A program made the translations under genes and the position numbers. 64,000 bases of DNA from Candidatus Altiarchaeota archaeon. Its GTDB lineage: Archaea > Altiarchaeota > Altiarchaeia > IMC4 > SCGC-AAA252-I15. How positions within the stretch are numbered: position 1 is the first letter of the stretch; each line of letters begins with the position of its first letter. The notes beneath the pieces are model-generated. The model searched no databases. It had not been told where the DNA came from and was given only the letters and a program-made list of their open reading frames with translations. Positions 17,283-26,382 of the stretch are shown in pieces. The DNA lies in the NCBI GenBank assembly GCA_043813075.1, contig JBDRLL010000020.1, positions 1-64,000 of the forward strand, read 5' to 3'.

Positions 17283-20200
17283 ATGAAGAGGCTAGACTTA
17301 AGGACCATACGGGCGGCGAGCATCACGCGTAAAGTACTGGCCCTAATATTCCTCGGTATTATGGGTCTGCCATTGATATCCTCCACTGTGTCTGCCGAAC
17401 TCATCACTGGCGCGATAATAGTGCTGTCGGCGCTGCTCATCAGCATTGCCTTAAGCGCACTCATGGACTTGTTTGCCATGGCGTGTGTCGCACTCATACA
17501 GGATGCTGCGATATACATACAATTGTATCCCTGCGTATATGCTGGCCCAAGCGGCACAGGCACTTGTGGTTCAGGTTCTATCTCAACATTCTTCTCTATC
17601 ATGGGCGTGACCTACACGCAAGACCCTGTGATAAGGGAGATGAATCGCGTGCTCATAGAATGGTGCAGCGGGTTGTTCATGTTGGCGATAGCATACACCG
17701 GGATATACCTGATATTCATGGCAGGTTCCCCGCACGGCAGGTCTCAGGCTAAAGACATGTTCGTGAGGCTGATAGTCGGCATGGTCATGGTCGCAGTCTC
17801 CCCCATGATATTCCAGTGGATGATAGACATAACAACATCAGTCTCCGGAGAGTTGATGAACCAGGCCATAGCCGCATCCCCCCCTGGTACAGTATCATTT
17901 AGGATAGCCTTCTGGAAGAACATAAAATACTGTTGTACATTCATCGTCTTCATGATAATCCTAGTGCTAGCCACTTTCGTGGCTGTGCTCCGTTTCTTTG
18001 CGATATACATACTAGCATGTCTCTGGCCTCTAGCACTCTTCTTCTATTACTTTGAATTCAGGATACCGTTCCTCGAGGATATAATCAATTTTCGTGCTAT
18101 CGGCCAGTCCATGATAAAACTATCTGTCATCACGATACTCACCCAGTTGATTCAGGCATTCTTCCTTGCGATAACGCTCATAAACCTTTCTGTGAACAGC
18201 GGTTCCCAGATGATAGACTTCATACTAATGTGCGCTGGATTCCTGGGTGTCGTATTCACTCCGATGATTGCAATGCAGTTGCTTGGATGGATAGGCGGAC
18301 TCGTGCACATGGCTTCCACAAGGCCGAGTACTGCCGCCACAAGATTCCTTGCGACCATAATGAGGGGTTACTCAATGGGAGATGCGCTGGTGACTTCGAG
18401 CGGTCAGACAATGATTGGTAGGAACCTCGGTACGGGAACTGGTGGTGAGGCTAAGGGTCCTTCAGGAGGTTTTTGGAGTGGCGTGCCCTCTGGCCATTAT
18501 TTCGGTTCAGACTATTCTATGGATGCCGGATTGTTCAGTGGTTCAGGGGACACGAGGGGGACAGGCTTCACGAACCCCATCTGGTCTGGTAAGAGCGGTT
18601 TCGTTGGTGGAGGCTCGTCTTCAGGTGGTTTGGGCGTGTCTGGAATGCCCTTCGCAGGTCGTACTGGTGTGGTGGCGGGGGGGAGTCCAGGTAGGGGGCT
18701 TAGGCGTGGAATGATTTTACCCAAGTCTACTGCTAGGGCGGGTGGTGCTGGTGGTGCTGGTGGTGCTGGTGCTGGTGGTGCTGGTGGTGCTGGTGGTGCT
18801 GCTGGTGCTGGTGGTGCTGGTGCTGGTGGTGCTGGTGCTGGTGGTGCTGGTGCTGGTGGTGCTGGTGCTGGTGGTGCTGGTGCTGGTGCTGGTGGTGCTG
18901 GTGGTGCTGGTGCTGGTGGTGCTGGTGCTGGTGGTGCTGGTGCTGGTGGTGGCGTTATTGCAGCTAAAAGAAGTGGTGGCGGTGTTGGTGGTGGTGCTGG
19001 TGGTGGCGCTGTTGGCGGGCCTGGAGTCGGAGCACCATCGACAGGCGCAATTTCAGGTGGGCGTTCAGGCTCAAGCGAATCAGGTAATGCATCCGCGATG
19101 GATATGGGCACAGAACAAGGCCCCGCTGGAACACAGGGAATGAGGCATGAATGGACGCCCGCCCAAGGTGATGGCGTTAAGCGGGCGGTAAACCGTATGG
19201 ACGACGTCGACAGGGCTGAGGCAGCCCGAATGCGTGAATGGCTCGCATACGACGCCCAACTCAAGCAGGAAGCCGCAGCCAAAGAAGCCGCGTTAAGAAG
19301 GGCTACTGACGCAGAAGAAGCCCAGAAGAAGGCGGCTGCAGAACGACAGGCTATAGGAAGTTCAATAGCCGCATCACAGGCTGCGCACATGAAGAGCGTG
19401 GAATTCAACCGTAACATAGAACAACAAAAGAATGAGGCGATGGCCCAAGCACTCATGCAGGAGGCGAACCTGAACCCAGGTGACGCCAGCTTCGCTATCT
19501 CAGGGCCAAGGATGAAGGACCAGTGGGAGAGCATATTCCGGGATACGAGTTCAAACGGCATGCAGGGCATGCTGAATTCAGTCAACAGTCAGGAACCGCA
19601 GATAGAGAGGGGTGTTGAGGCGAAGGCGGCTTCCGCAGGCAGGACACTCACTCCAGAGGAAAAGAGGAGTGAAGTCAGCAGGGAGAAGGCGAAGATACTC
19701 CGTAGATACGGCGACGACTACGCGAGGAAACAGATGCTAACACAGTCTGGCGACCCGGTTGTCGGAAACAGGATAAACAACTTCAACAGCATAGGATTCC
19801 AAGACCGTCCGAAGGCTTGGAGTAACATGGTCGACATAGCGGAGGCAAAGACTGGTTCATCATCAATGAATGCGTTGAGGACTTACGTGCGAGGCCCGTT
19901 TGACGGTATGGTGGAGAAGGCTCGCATGTCCGGAGACCCTGACGGGTACATACAAAAAGTCCGCGACACTGAGGTCTCAAGGGCATCCGAGATAGGGGTC
20001 CCCGCCAGCTCCGGACTACAGCATGAAAGACCAGTGGAACATCCAATACCAAGACCATCCCCCTCAAGGCCGACAATAGAGCGGGCAACCCCCATGTCAC
20101 AGACGTCTATAGCATCACGTAAGCAGGTGCCGAGGACTGCTGAGGCGGTGAGGATGGAAGAGCGGAGTGTTGGTGCTGGCTTGCCTAAGTCTGTTGGCGG

Positions 20201-23200
20201 TAAGAAGGTTGTTAAGAAACACGTCCCAGAGGCCAGCAGAACGAGGATGCGTGCTGAGACACCTCCAATGCCTGCTGGCTTAAAGCATGAACCACCTTCA
20301 AAGCCTGGAATAGAACCTCAACAGGCTCCTGAAATTCCAGTCATGCCTGCCACCGTTCCGGAGACAGCATACGTTCCTCCTGAAGCAGTCCCACTAAGCA
20401 CTCCACACGAGAGAGAGGCTGTTAGCGAGAACAAGCCTGCGTCTGCTGGAGTGCCTGTGACTCCAGCTGTAATACCTGATTCATCTAAACGCAAGCATCT
20501 GGGGCATACTGTAATACAGGCTAAACGCGACTTACGCGGGAGCATACGGGCAGTCAACAGCCGTCTGGAGGGGTTGAATTCCCCGCTGGAATCGGAGGCT
20601 AACGGAGCCCGCCAGTATCTTGCGGAAGGGTTGAACCGCTTGTATGGCACCAACTTTAGTGCAGACAACTTCAGGGGCGCTTCAATAGGGTCCGACGGCG
20701 TCCTACAATTTGGTGACGGGGGTTCTGCAGGAATTGAGGAGCTTATGTCCAAGACGCCTGAAGGATATGCTGTGGTATCACAGAGGCTGGGAGTATCCGG
20801 TGCTGAAGGATTCGCGGGGAGGGCTGCGGAAGGAGATGCATTCCAGAGGGGGGGTGTTGCCTTCGTGAAGGACAGTGGAGACAAGCACGCGAGACGGCAT
20901 GAGAAAGAGCACAGGGAAGATGTTTTGATGCCGCACAGGCAGGGTATAGACGCTACAGTATCTGAGATAAAGGCGTTCTCACGCAACGTTGAGGACCGGG
21001 AGCTCGGCTGGTCAGACGTCGGGGGGGCACTGCAGACTGAATACATGCCTGACTTCACGGCAGGACGGGATATGACTCGAGAGGAGGAAGAAGCCTCACG
21101 GGCCAAAGTAGACCACGCAGTATCCAATTCCAGGAGATTCGTCCGCCATGCCACACAGGAATTCGAGGCAATGGGGTTAACCCCAGAGAACGCCAGGGCG
21201 CGGGCATTCAAGCGGCTGAGAAACATGTGCGAGAGTTGCGTGCACTTAGACCAGTTCAACGCGATGACAGACCAGGTGCTCGCAGGCCAGATTACGTCAC
21301 GCGATGCGGTTGGCATGGCGCTAGCAGAGTCGGGATCGATAATAGCCCAACCAACAACAGACTACAATGCAACACCACAACAGGCGTATACTGAAGCACT
21401 AGACCATAAGCTGGCTGTAGGCGGATCATACGGCACCCGCACATTACTTGGAGTGGGTTCATCGGAGTTGTCAGTTCTGGAGGGATACAGTATACGCGAG
21501 ATATGCGCTAGGCCAGACCTGACGAGGGAGCAATTGTTAGGCCTCCAGCATTATGGTGCTGGTTTAAGGTCGGCGGCTGTTGAACGCGGTATTGCTGGAG
21601 ACGAACTAGCCTACACCGACAGGGTGGGCAGGGCTATAAGCCAGAGGGCGGTTGCTGAAGGAGTGAGCAGGGGTCTCATAACCCCCGAGGATGTGGGAGT
21701 GACTAGTGCTGCTCTTGAAAGGTCATTCCAGGAGGATTTGGTGAGAGGCTACATACCTGAAGACCAGAAGATTGTCATAAGACAGGCTTTACAGCAGATG
21801 GCTGTCACAGTACCAAAGCCGGCTGCAGAGCCTCCTGCTCCTGCAGGTGTGCGGCCAAGGCCTGGTGTGGAACCAGGAAAGCATGCTCCAGTTAAAAAAC
21901 CTTCTAAGCTGCCATCCGGAAAACCGAAGCCCTCCAGAGAGCCGGTTACCTCCAGTGAAAAACCTACGTCTGGTGAAGGCCCTAAGCCTGGTGGAGTATC
22001 TAGGCCTGTTGAAGCCACTGTCAGAGCATCACCATTACCTAAGACTCCAGGGGTTGATGCGGACAGGATACTGCACGACAGCATACAGCAGGCCACCCAG
22101 GAAGTCGGCTACCAGACCCCTCGGGAACAGCAGGCTTACGCCAGGTCCCAGGATGCATACGAGAAATTCATCGGATCTGACCATACTCCTCGTGACGCGG
22201 AAGTAGTCGCCACTGAAGTAAGGCATGTTATAGACAACAGGGACATGGATCGTTTCGATAAGTGGGTTAGCATAGCAGAGATACTGTCTGTTGGAATGCC
22301 TGAGATACCGGAACCAGAACCTGTTTCATACGAAGAGGCACCGCCTGAAGTCCCGCGAAAAGTTCCTTTCCTCCAGATGAAGGAGACTAAGTCAACCCTC
22401 CTTGGCGGCTCTATGGGTAGGGAAAGGGCTGGCGGCGAATCAGATGCTGGCAGGGGATACGGATGGACTTCCATGGCGGAGAAGCGAGACGGGGAAGCTT
22501 CAGGCGATAAACCATACGGCTTCACTTCAATGGCTGAAAGGCATGCCGGCAAATCAGTGAACGCGTTAGGTGAGACAATGCGTGAGAAGGCTGGAGAATC
22601 ATTAAGCGAGGCCACCACTGCAAGACCAGTCGGCGAGCACCAGGCAGGGGTCTCAGGAGAATCATCTAAAGGGTTCCAGACGATGGTCCGGCACGGGGAA
22701 GGACAGGGCCAACCCATCCACGGAGCAAAACCGTTCATACCCACGACAGTGGCTGCTAAGACAGCAGAGAAAGTGTCTGAGGGAGTCTCAACTCCGGGTG
22801 TAACACCCGCTCCAAAAACGGCTGCCAGCGGGGAGGAGGCGCCTCAAGCCAAACGCAGGCCATCAGCGACTTCAACCGACTCTGACATGGCGATACCCTC
22901 GCCGCCACATCGGTCTCAGCTGCCAAAGCCGGAGATGGGTGATGAGGAATACTCCGCCACCCTCACCAAAATACGTAGGATGGCTCTCGCAAGGTCTCTG
23001 GAACGGGTCTCTGAGGATGTCTTAAGGCGGGAGGTGCGCAGCCTGACCTCAGAAAAGAAAGTCGATGTCGCCGACGAGGTGAACGGCATGCTATCTGAAA
23101 TGCATCACAAATTCCAGGTCATAGGCAGGTATGGTGGTGAGGAATCCAAGAGCAGGCTATCCTCCTTCAAGGACGTTTATGGTAACGCAAGGGGATACGC

Positions 23201-23849
23201 TCTAAACGGGAACTATGCGATGGCTGTTGATGACATATCTGCGATATCCTCTCAGGTAGACACAGTGTACGCTCAGGCGCTTCAGGAGCAGGGGGTAAAG
23301 GTGCAGGCGCAGCAGATGATACATCAGGCTAAAAACGATCTTAACGCGATGATGAACGGGATGGCTTCGGCGCCAGCGTCACTATCCAACGTAGAGTCTG
23401 CGAAGAAAGACATGCAGGCTGCATTAACTGCCGCTGAAGGCCACATGAGGTCTGGCGAATACGAGAGCGCTCTCGCGGAGATATCCAAGCATCAGGGCCC
23501 ACAGCATGCGGATGGTGGGGAGTCCGAGTCTGCGGTGAAGGGGAAGCATGGTGAGGGGGATTCAGCCGATAAGCCTTATGGTTTCACTCCGATGGCTGCA
23601 GCAGGCAAGGTGGAGGAGTCTAGCGTTCCTGGCGAGCCTTCGCAGCCTTCCATCATGGGTGAAAAACACAAGACTGGAATATCCCCTGGCTCACGTAAGT
23701 CCTCACTACATTCGATGATGCGTGACCGCCATAAATCTGGGGATGAACATACGGATGAAGGCGAGTCTGGTGAACCCGGAAGCGGCCTTGGCGGTGACAC
23801 CATGATGCGTAAGAAAGGATCTAAGAAAAAGAAAAAGACCGGGAAATAG
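17283..23849 (+). CDS. Giant membrane protein B (2188 aa): paralogous VirB6/TrbL-like multi-TM domain, Gly/Ala repeat, Pro-rich linkers, HExxH domain and basic C-terminus
   Basis: TM domain with IYL...SPHGRSQAKDM..RLIVG; (GAGGA)n; HEKEH...SEIKAF; C-terminal KKGSKKKKKTGK. It starts 6 nt after gene A. Confidence 0.75.
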   Translation: MKRLDLRTIRAASITRKVLALIFLGIMGLPLISSTVSAELITGAIIVLSALLISIALSALMDLFAMACVALIQDAAIYIQLYPCVYAGPSGTGTCGSGSISTFFSIMGVTYTQDPVIREMNRVLIEWCSGLFMLAIAYTGIYLIFMAGSPHGRSQAKDMFVRLIVGMVMVAVSPMIFQWMIDITTSVSGELMNQAIAASPPGTVSFRIAFWKNIKYCCTFIVFMIILVLATFVAVLRFFAIYILACLWPLALFFYYFEFRIPFLEDIINFRAIGQSMIKLSVITILTQLIQAFFLAITLINLSVNSGSQMIDFILMCAGFLGVVFTPMIAMQLLGWIGGLVHMASTRPSTAATRFLATIMRGYSMGDALVTSSGQTMIGRNLGTGTGGEAKGPSGGFWSGVPSGHYFGSDYSMDAGLFSGSGDTRGTGFTNPIWSGKSGFVGGGSSSGGLGVSGMPFAGRTGVVAGGSPGRGLRRGMILPKSTARAGGAGGAGGAGAGGAGGAGGAAGAGGAGAGGAGAGGAGAGGAGAGGAGAGAGGAGGAGAGGAGAGGAGAGGGVIAAKRSGGGVGGGAGGGAVGGPGVGAPSTGAISGGRSGSSESGNASAMDMGTEQGPAGTQGMRHEWTPAQGDGVKRAVNRMDDVDRAEAARMREWLAYDAQLKQEAAAKEAALRRATDAEEAQKKAAAERQAIGSSIAASQAAHMKSVEFNRNIEQQKNEAMAQALMQEANLNPGDASFAISGPRMKDQWESIFRDTSSNGMQGMLNSVNSQEPQIERGVEAKAASAGRTLTPEEKRSEVSREKAKILRRYGDDYARKQMLTQSGDPVVGNRINNFNSIGFQDRPKAWSNMVDIAEAKTGSSSMNALRTYVRGPFDGMVEKARMSGDPDGYIQKVRDTEVSRASEIGVPASSGLQHERPVEHPIPRPSPSRPTIERATPMSQTSIASRKQVPRTAEAVRMEERSVGAGLPKSVGGKKVVKKHVPEASRTRMRAETPPMPAGLKHEPPSKPGIEPQQAPEIPVMPATVPETAYVPPEAVPLSTPHEREAVSENKPASAGVPVTPAVIPDSSKRKHLGHTVIQAKRDLRGSIRAVNSRLEGLNSPLESEANGARQYLAEGLNRLYGTNFSADNFRGASIGSDGVLQFGDGGSAGIEELMSKTPEGYAVVSQRLGVSGAEGFAGRAAEGDAFQRGGVAFVKDSGDKHARRHEKEHREDVLMPHRQGIDATVSEIKAFSRNVEDRELGWSDVGGALQTEYMPDFTAGRDMTREEEEASRAKVDHAVSNSRRFVRHATQEFEAMGLTPENARARAFKRLRNMCESCVHLDQFNAMTDQVLAGQITSRDAVGMALAESGSIIAQPTTDYNATPQQAYTEALDHKLAVGGSYGTRTLLGVGSSELSVLEGYSIREICARPDLTREQLLGLQHYGAGLRSAAVERGIAGDELAYTDRVGRAISQRAVAEGVSRGLITPEDVGVTSAALERSFQEDLVRGYIPEDQKIVIRQALQQMAVTVPKPAAEPPAPAGVRPRPGVEPGKHAPVKKPSKLPSGKPKPSREPVTSSEKPTSGEGPKPGGVSRPVEATVRASPLPKTPGVDADRILHDSIQQATQEVGYQTPREQQAYARSQDAYEKFIGSDHTPRDAEVVATEVRHVIDNRDMDRFDKWVSIAEILSVGMPEIPEPEPVSYEEAPPEVPRKVPFLQMKETKSTLLGGSMGRERAGGESDAGRGYGWTSMAEKRDGEASGDKPYGFTSMAERHAGKSVNALGETMREKAGESLSEATTARPVGEHQAGVSGESSKGFQTMVRHGEGQGQPIHGAKPFIPTTVAAKTAEKVSEGVSTPGVTPAPKTAASGEEAPQAKRRPSATSTDSDMAIPSPPHRSQLPKPEMGDEEYSATLTKIRRMALARSLERVSEDVLRREVRSLTSEKKVDVADEVNGMLSEMHHKFQVIGRYGGEESKSRLSSFKDVYGNARGYALNGNYAMAVDDISAISSQVDTVYAQALQEQGVKVQAQQMIHQAKNDLNAMMNGMASAPASLSNVESAKKDMQAALTAAEGHMRSGEYESALAEISKHQGPQHADGGESESAVKGKHGEGDSADKPYGFTPMAAAGKVEESSVPGEPSQPSIMGEKHKTGISPGSRKSSLHSMMRDRHKSGDEHTDEGESGEPGSGLGGDTMMRKKGSKKKKKTGK
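18741..18950 (+). repeat. Coding tandem repeat of 70 codons built only from GGT and GCT (Gly/Ala)
   Basis: Continuous GGTGCT/GGTGGTGCT units from 18741 to 18950. Confidence 0.95.
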
Positions 23850-23859
23850 GGGGTAATAC

Positions 23860-25362
23860 CTAATCTATCTCCTCTAGTATGTGCCCGCCAACTCTTATGG
23901 GCTCTGTCTGTTCCGCGAGCTGTATCGCGTCAGTCAGCTTGTTCTCGTGGGTCGAGTAGATTGTGAACAACTTGTCGTCCACGTTAACCTTATCCCCTAC
24001 GCCGACGTGAAGATAGACTCCAGCCTCCTTGTTCTTGGGTGCTCCGGCAGCCCGCGCAACCTTTGATATGAGCTTATTGTCTATGAACTTCACCTTCCCC
24101 CTGATGGTGGACTTGATTTCATACGTCTTATCCCCCACAGGAATGTCCTCAGGTTTAATCTTCATGTCACCGCCCTGTGCCCCTATAATGTCAAGCATCT
24201 TCTCCTTGGCCTTACCTGTCTTAAGTATCCTCTCCGCGAATTTCTTGCCTTCCCCGTGATGGACTTTACCCGACATCTCAAGGAGGGTTGCGGCCAGCTC
24301 GATGCTCTTGTTGACCAGGTCGGTTGGTCCCCTACCGTCAAGCGCAAGCAGAACGTCCCGCGCCTCAAGGGCAGGTCCTATACCGTTCCCTATGGGCGAG
24401 CTACCGTCGGTTATAAGGCACTTGGTCTTGATGTCCAGCCTGTCTCCAAGCTCTATGAACTTCCTGGCGAGTTCATTAGCCTTCTTGGGGTCATCCAGCT
24501 TAGCCCCCCTGCCCACTGGAATGTCTATGACCAGGAAGTCTGAGTCAACACTCTTCTTCTTTGACATAACGCTAGCTAAAACCTGTCCTTCAGGGTCTAT
24601 GGACAGCGGATACTCTACCCGTATTATCTTGTCGTCCGCCGGCGCAAGCTTCACAGAACCCCCCCAGACGATACAGCCGTTAGTCCTCGATACTATGTGC
24701 TTCAACTCTTCTATGTTGAATTCAACGTTCGCGAGCACCTCCATCGTGTCGGCTGTTCCAGCGGGCGAGGTGATGGCCCTGGAACTGGTCTTCGGCATGG
24801 TCATTCCCGCAGCAGTCATTATTGGCACGACGAGCATGGTCGTCCTGTTGCCTGCCACACCCCCGATACAGTGCTTGTCGACGGTGTCATCCCCGAAGTC
24901 GATCTTCTCCCCAGTCTCAACCATGGCCTTGGTGAGTGACACGGTCTCGTCCATGTCGTAGCCATTGATGTATGTCGCAACCATCAGCGCAGTCAGTTCT
25001 ATGTCGCTCAGGTTGTTGTCGACGATGTCTCGCACTATCTCGTTGATCTCGTATCCATGGAGGTGTTGTCCGTGCATCTTCTTCTTTATGGATTCAATGG
25101 ACTTCGGCCTTCCGGATGCTTTAACCTGGACTGTATCCCCGTTTTTCACGTTGAGATCGTCTTTGACCTCTTCAAAGAGACCGATCTCCCTCTCAGCCAC
25201 CATTGTCGTTGTGGCGTCGATTATCGCAGTCACCCTCTTATCGCCGAAGGAAATCTTCACCCTGTCTCCTATGTGAAGTCCCAGTTCCTTTATGTCCTCG
25301 TCATTCAGGACTACGATGGGCTTGCCAGTCTCTATCTCAAAAATCCTTACCTTTGAATCCAT
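23860..25362 (-). CDS. deoA: AMP phosphorylase (archaeal thymidine-phosphorylase family)
   Basis: N-terminal beta-barrel extension, DKHCIGGVAGN, PKTSSRAITSPAGTAD, APADD, ASVMSKK, GIGPALEA and ARAAGAP. Confidence 0.93.
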   Translation of the reverse strand: MDSKVRIFEIETGKPIVVLNDEDIKELGLHIGDRVKISFGDKRVTAIIDATTTMVAEREIGLFEEVKDDLNVKNGDTVQVKASGRPKSIESIKKKMHGQHLHGYEINEIVRDIVDNNLSDIELTALMVATYINGYDMDETVSLTKAMVETGEKIDFGDDTVDKHCIGGVAGNRTTMLVVPIMTAAGMTMPKTSSRAITSPAGTADTMEVLANVEFNIEELKHIVSRTNGCIVWGGSVKLAPADDKIIRVEYPLSIDPEGQVLASVMSKKKSVDSDFLVIDIPVGRGAKLDDPKKANELARKFIELGDRLDIKTKCLITDGSSPIGNGIGPALEARDVLLALDGRGPTDLVNKSIELAATLLEMSGKVHHGEGKKFAERILKTGKAKEKMLDIIGAQGGDMKIKPEDIPVGDKTYEIKSTIRGKVKFIDNKLISKVARAAGAPKNKEAGVYLHVGVGDKVNVDDKLFTIYSTHENKLTDAIQLAEQTEPIRVGGHILEEID

Positions 25363-25383
25363 GTTTATTAATCCCCAATATTC

Positions 25384-26382
25384 TTAATATACTCCCTCCC
25401 TTGAGTCCCTGTATCGTAGTTCAAGGTTGTTTTCCTCCACCACCCTATCCACCAGTCCCGACACTTTTATCCTCCTCGTAAGATAGTCCGCTATCCTTAT
25501 GGGGTACACTTGAGGATGTATGTGGTCCCTGTCATTAATCCAGACCGATACGAGCGACTCCAAGTCCTCCTGAAAGTTGTCGTAATTGAACTCCCATCTA
25601 ACAGTCATCGGGGCAGACTCTCCTGATGGAAGGCTCTCCATCCTCTTTCCAGGGAGCTTTAGGTAGCATACGTTTATCCCCTGCCTTTTGTCCACCACGT
25701 ATTCCATTGGATCCAATGCTATGTCAAAGAGGAGTGTGTTCGTGCAGTTGAAGCCAAGGCTCCTAGACAGGTCTGTCGCGTGACTGTCCTCCACCATGCC
25801 CACAACCCTCTTTTCACTCAGGAGCCTTCTACTAGCATCAACAGCATCCGAATTCTCGGAGCCATTATCCCTAAGCTGCAGGTTGGCGGTGTTGGTGTAA
25901 AGGCTTCCGTCGACCAGCAGGATGTCCGCATCCAAGCCATCCTTCACTTCCAGGAGCGCTGAATACTCCCTAGCGACCCTAAGTGCGTTAGCCCGCTCTT
26001 CAATGTCAGAATAGGGTATGAAGACGCCGAAGTCGACGTAAGACTCATACTTAAGCTCCCTGTAAGGTAGAGTGCCCTCCCCCACTAGCGGGTCACTGTT
26101 CTCACCACCATCGTATTCCGCATAGACGACTACCGTGTGCAAACCCCATAAAGCGTGATACCTCAACTCCCTCTTAATCATGGAAGAGTCGCACGCCAGC
26201 ATCCTTATGACACCAGCATCATCATTGATGGATATCCTCTTGAAATCTCCTCCGGAACCCTCCACCTTACGTCTTATCTCCCCCCTATCAAGATTTCTAT
26301 GCGAGTCAAGACCCTCAATCAAGGCGGACTTCGACTTTAGAACCGATTCATCTAGGGAGAAGTCTGGTCTTAATTCCCTCAT
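25384..26382 (-). CDS. nurA: NurA-family nuclease
   Basis: RNase H-like acidic motifs LACDSS and LLVDGSL, VVGMVEDS, and C-terminal YPIRIAD. Confidence 0.75.
   Translation of the reverse strand: MRELRPDFSLDESVLKSKSALIEGLDSHRNLDRGEIRRKVEGSGGDFKRISINDDAGVIRMLACDSSMIKRELRYHALWGLHTVVVYAEYDGGENSDPLVGEGTLPYRELKYESYVDFGVFIPYSDIEERANALRVAREYSALLEVKDGLDADILLVDGSLYTNTANLQLRDNGSENSDAVDASRRLLSEKRVVGMVEDSHATDLSRSLGFNCTNTLLFDIALDPMEYVVDKRQGINVCYLKLPGKRMESLPSGESAPMTVRWEFNYDNFQEDLESLVSVWINDRDHIHPQVYPIRIADYLTRRIKVSGLVDRVVEENNLELRYRDSREGVY

Noticed and set aside
18741-18950. Possible CRISPR array
   Set aside because: There are no unique spacers, the units are 6-15 nt and in frame within a CDS, and no cas genes are present.
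18512-19585. 357-aa Pro/Ala-rich minus-strand ORF and 133-aa Val/Leu ORF (18742-19143)
   Set aside because: These are shadow frames of the GGT/GCT repeat inside giant gene B.
20318-21316. 332-aa antisense ORF and other long antisense ORFs across the window
   Set aside because: They lie fully opposite well-supported genes, have Ser/Pro-rich shadow composition and show no motifs.
12093-23849. Provirus tape-measure genes or an integrated conjugative element
   Set aside because: No capsid, terminase, integrase, relaxase, att site or tRNA is visible, and both flanks are housekeeping genes.
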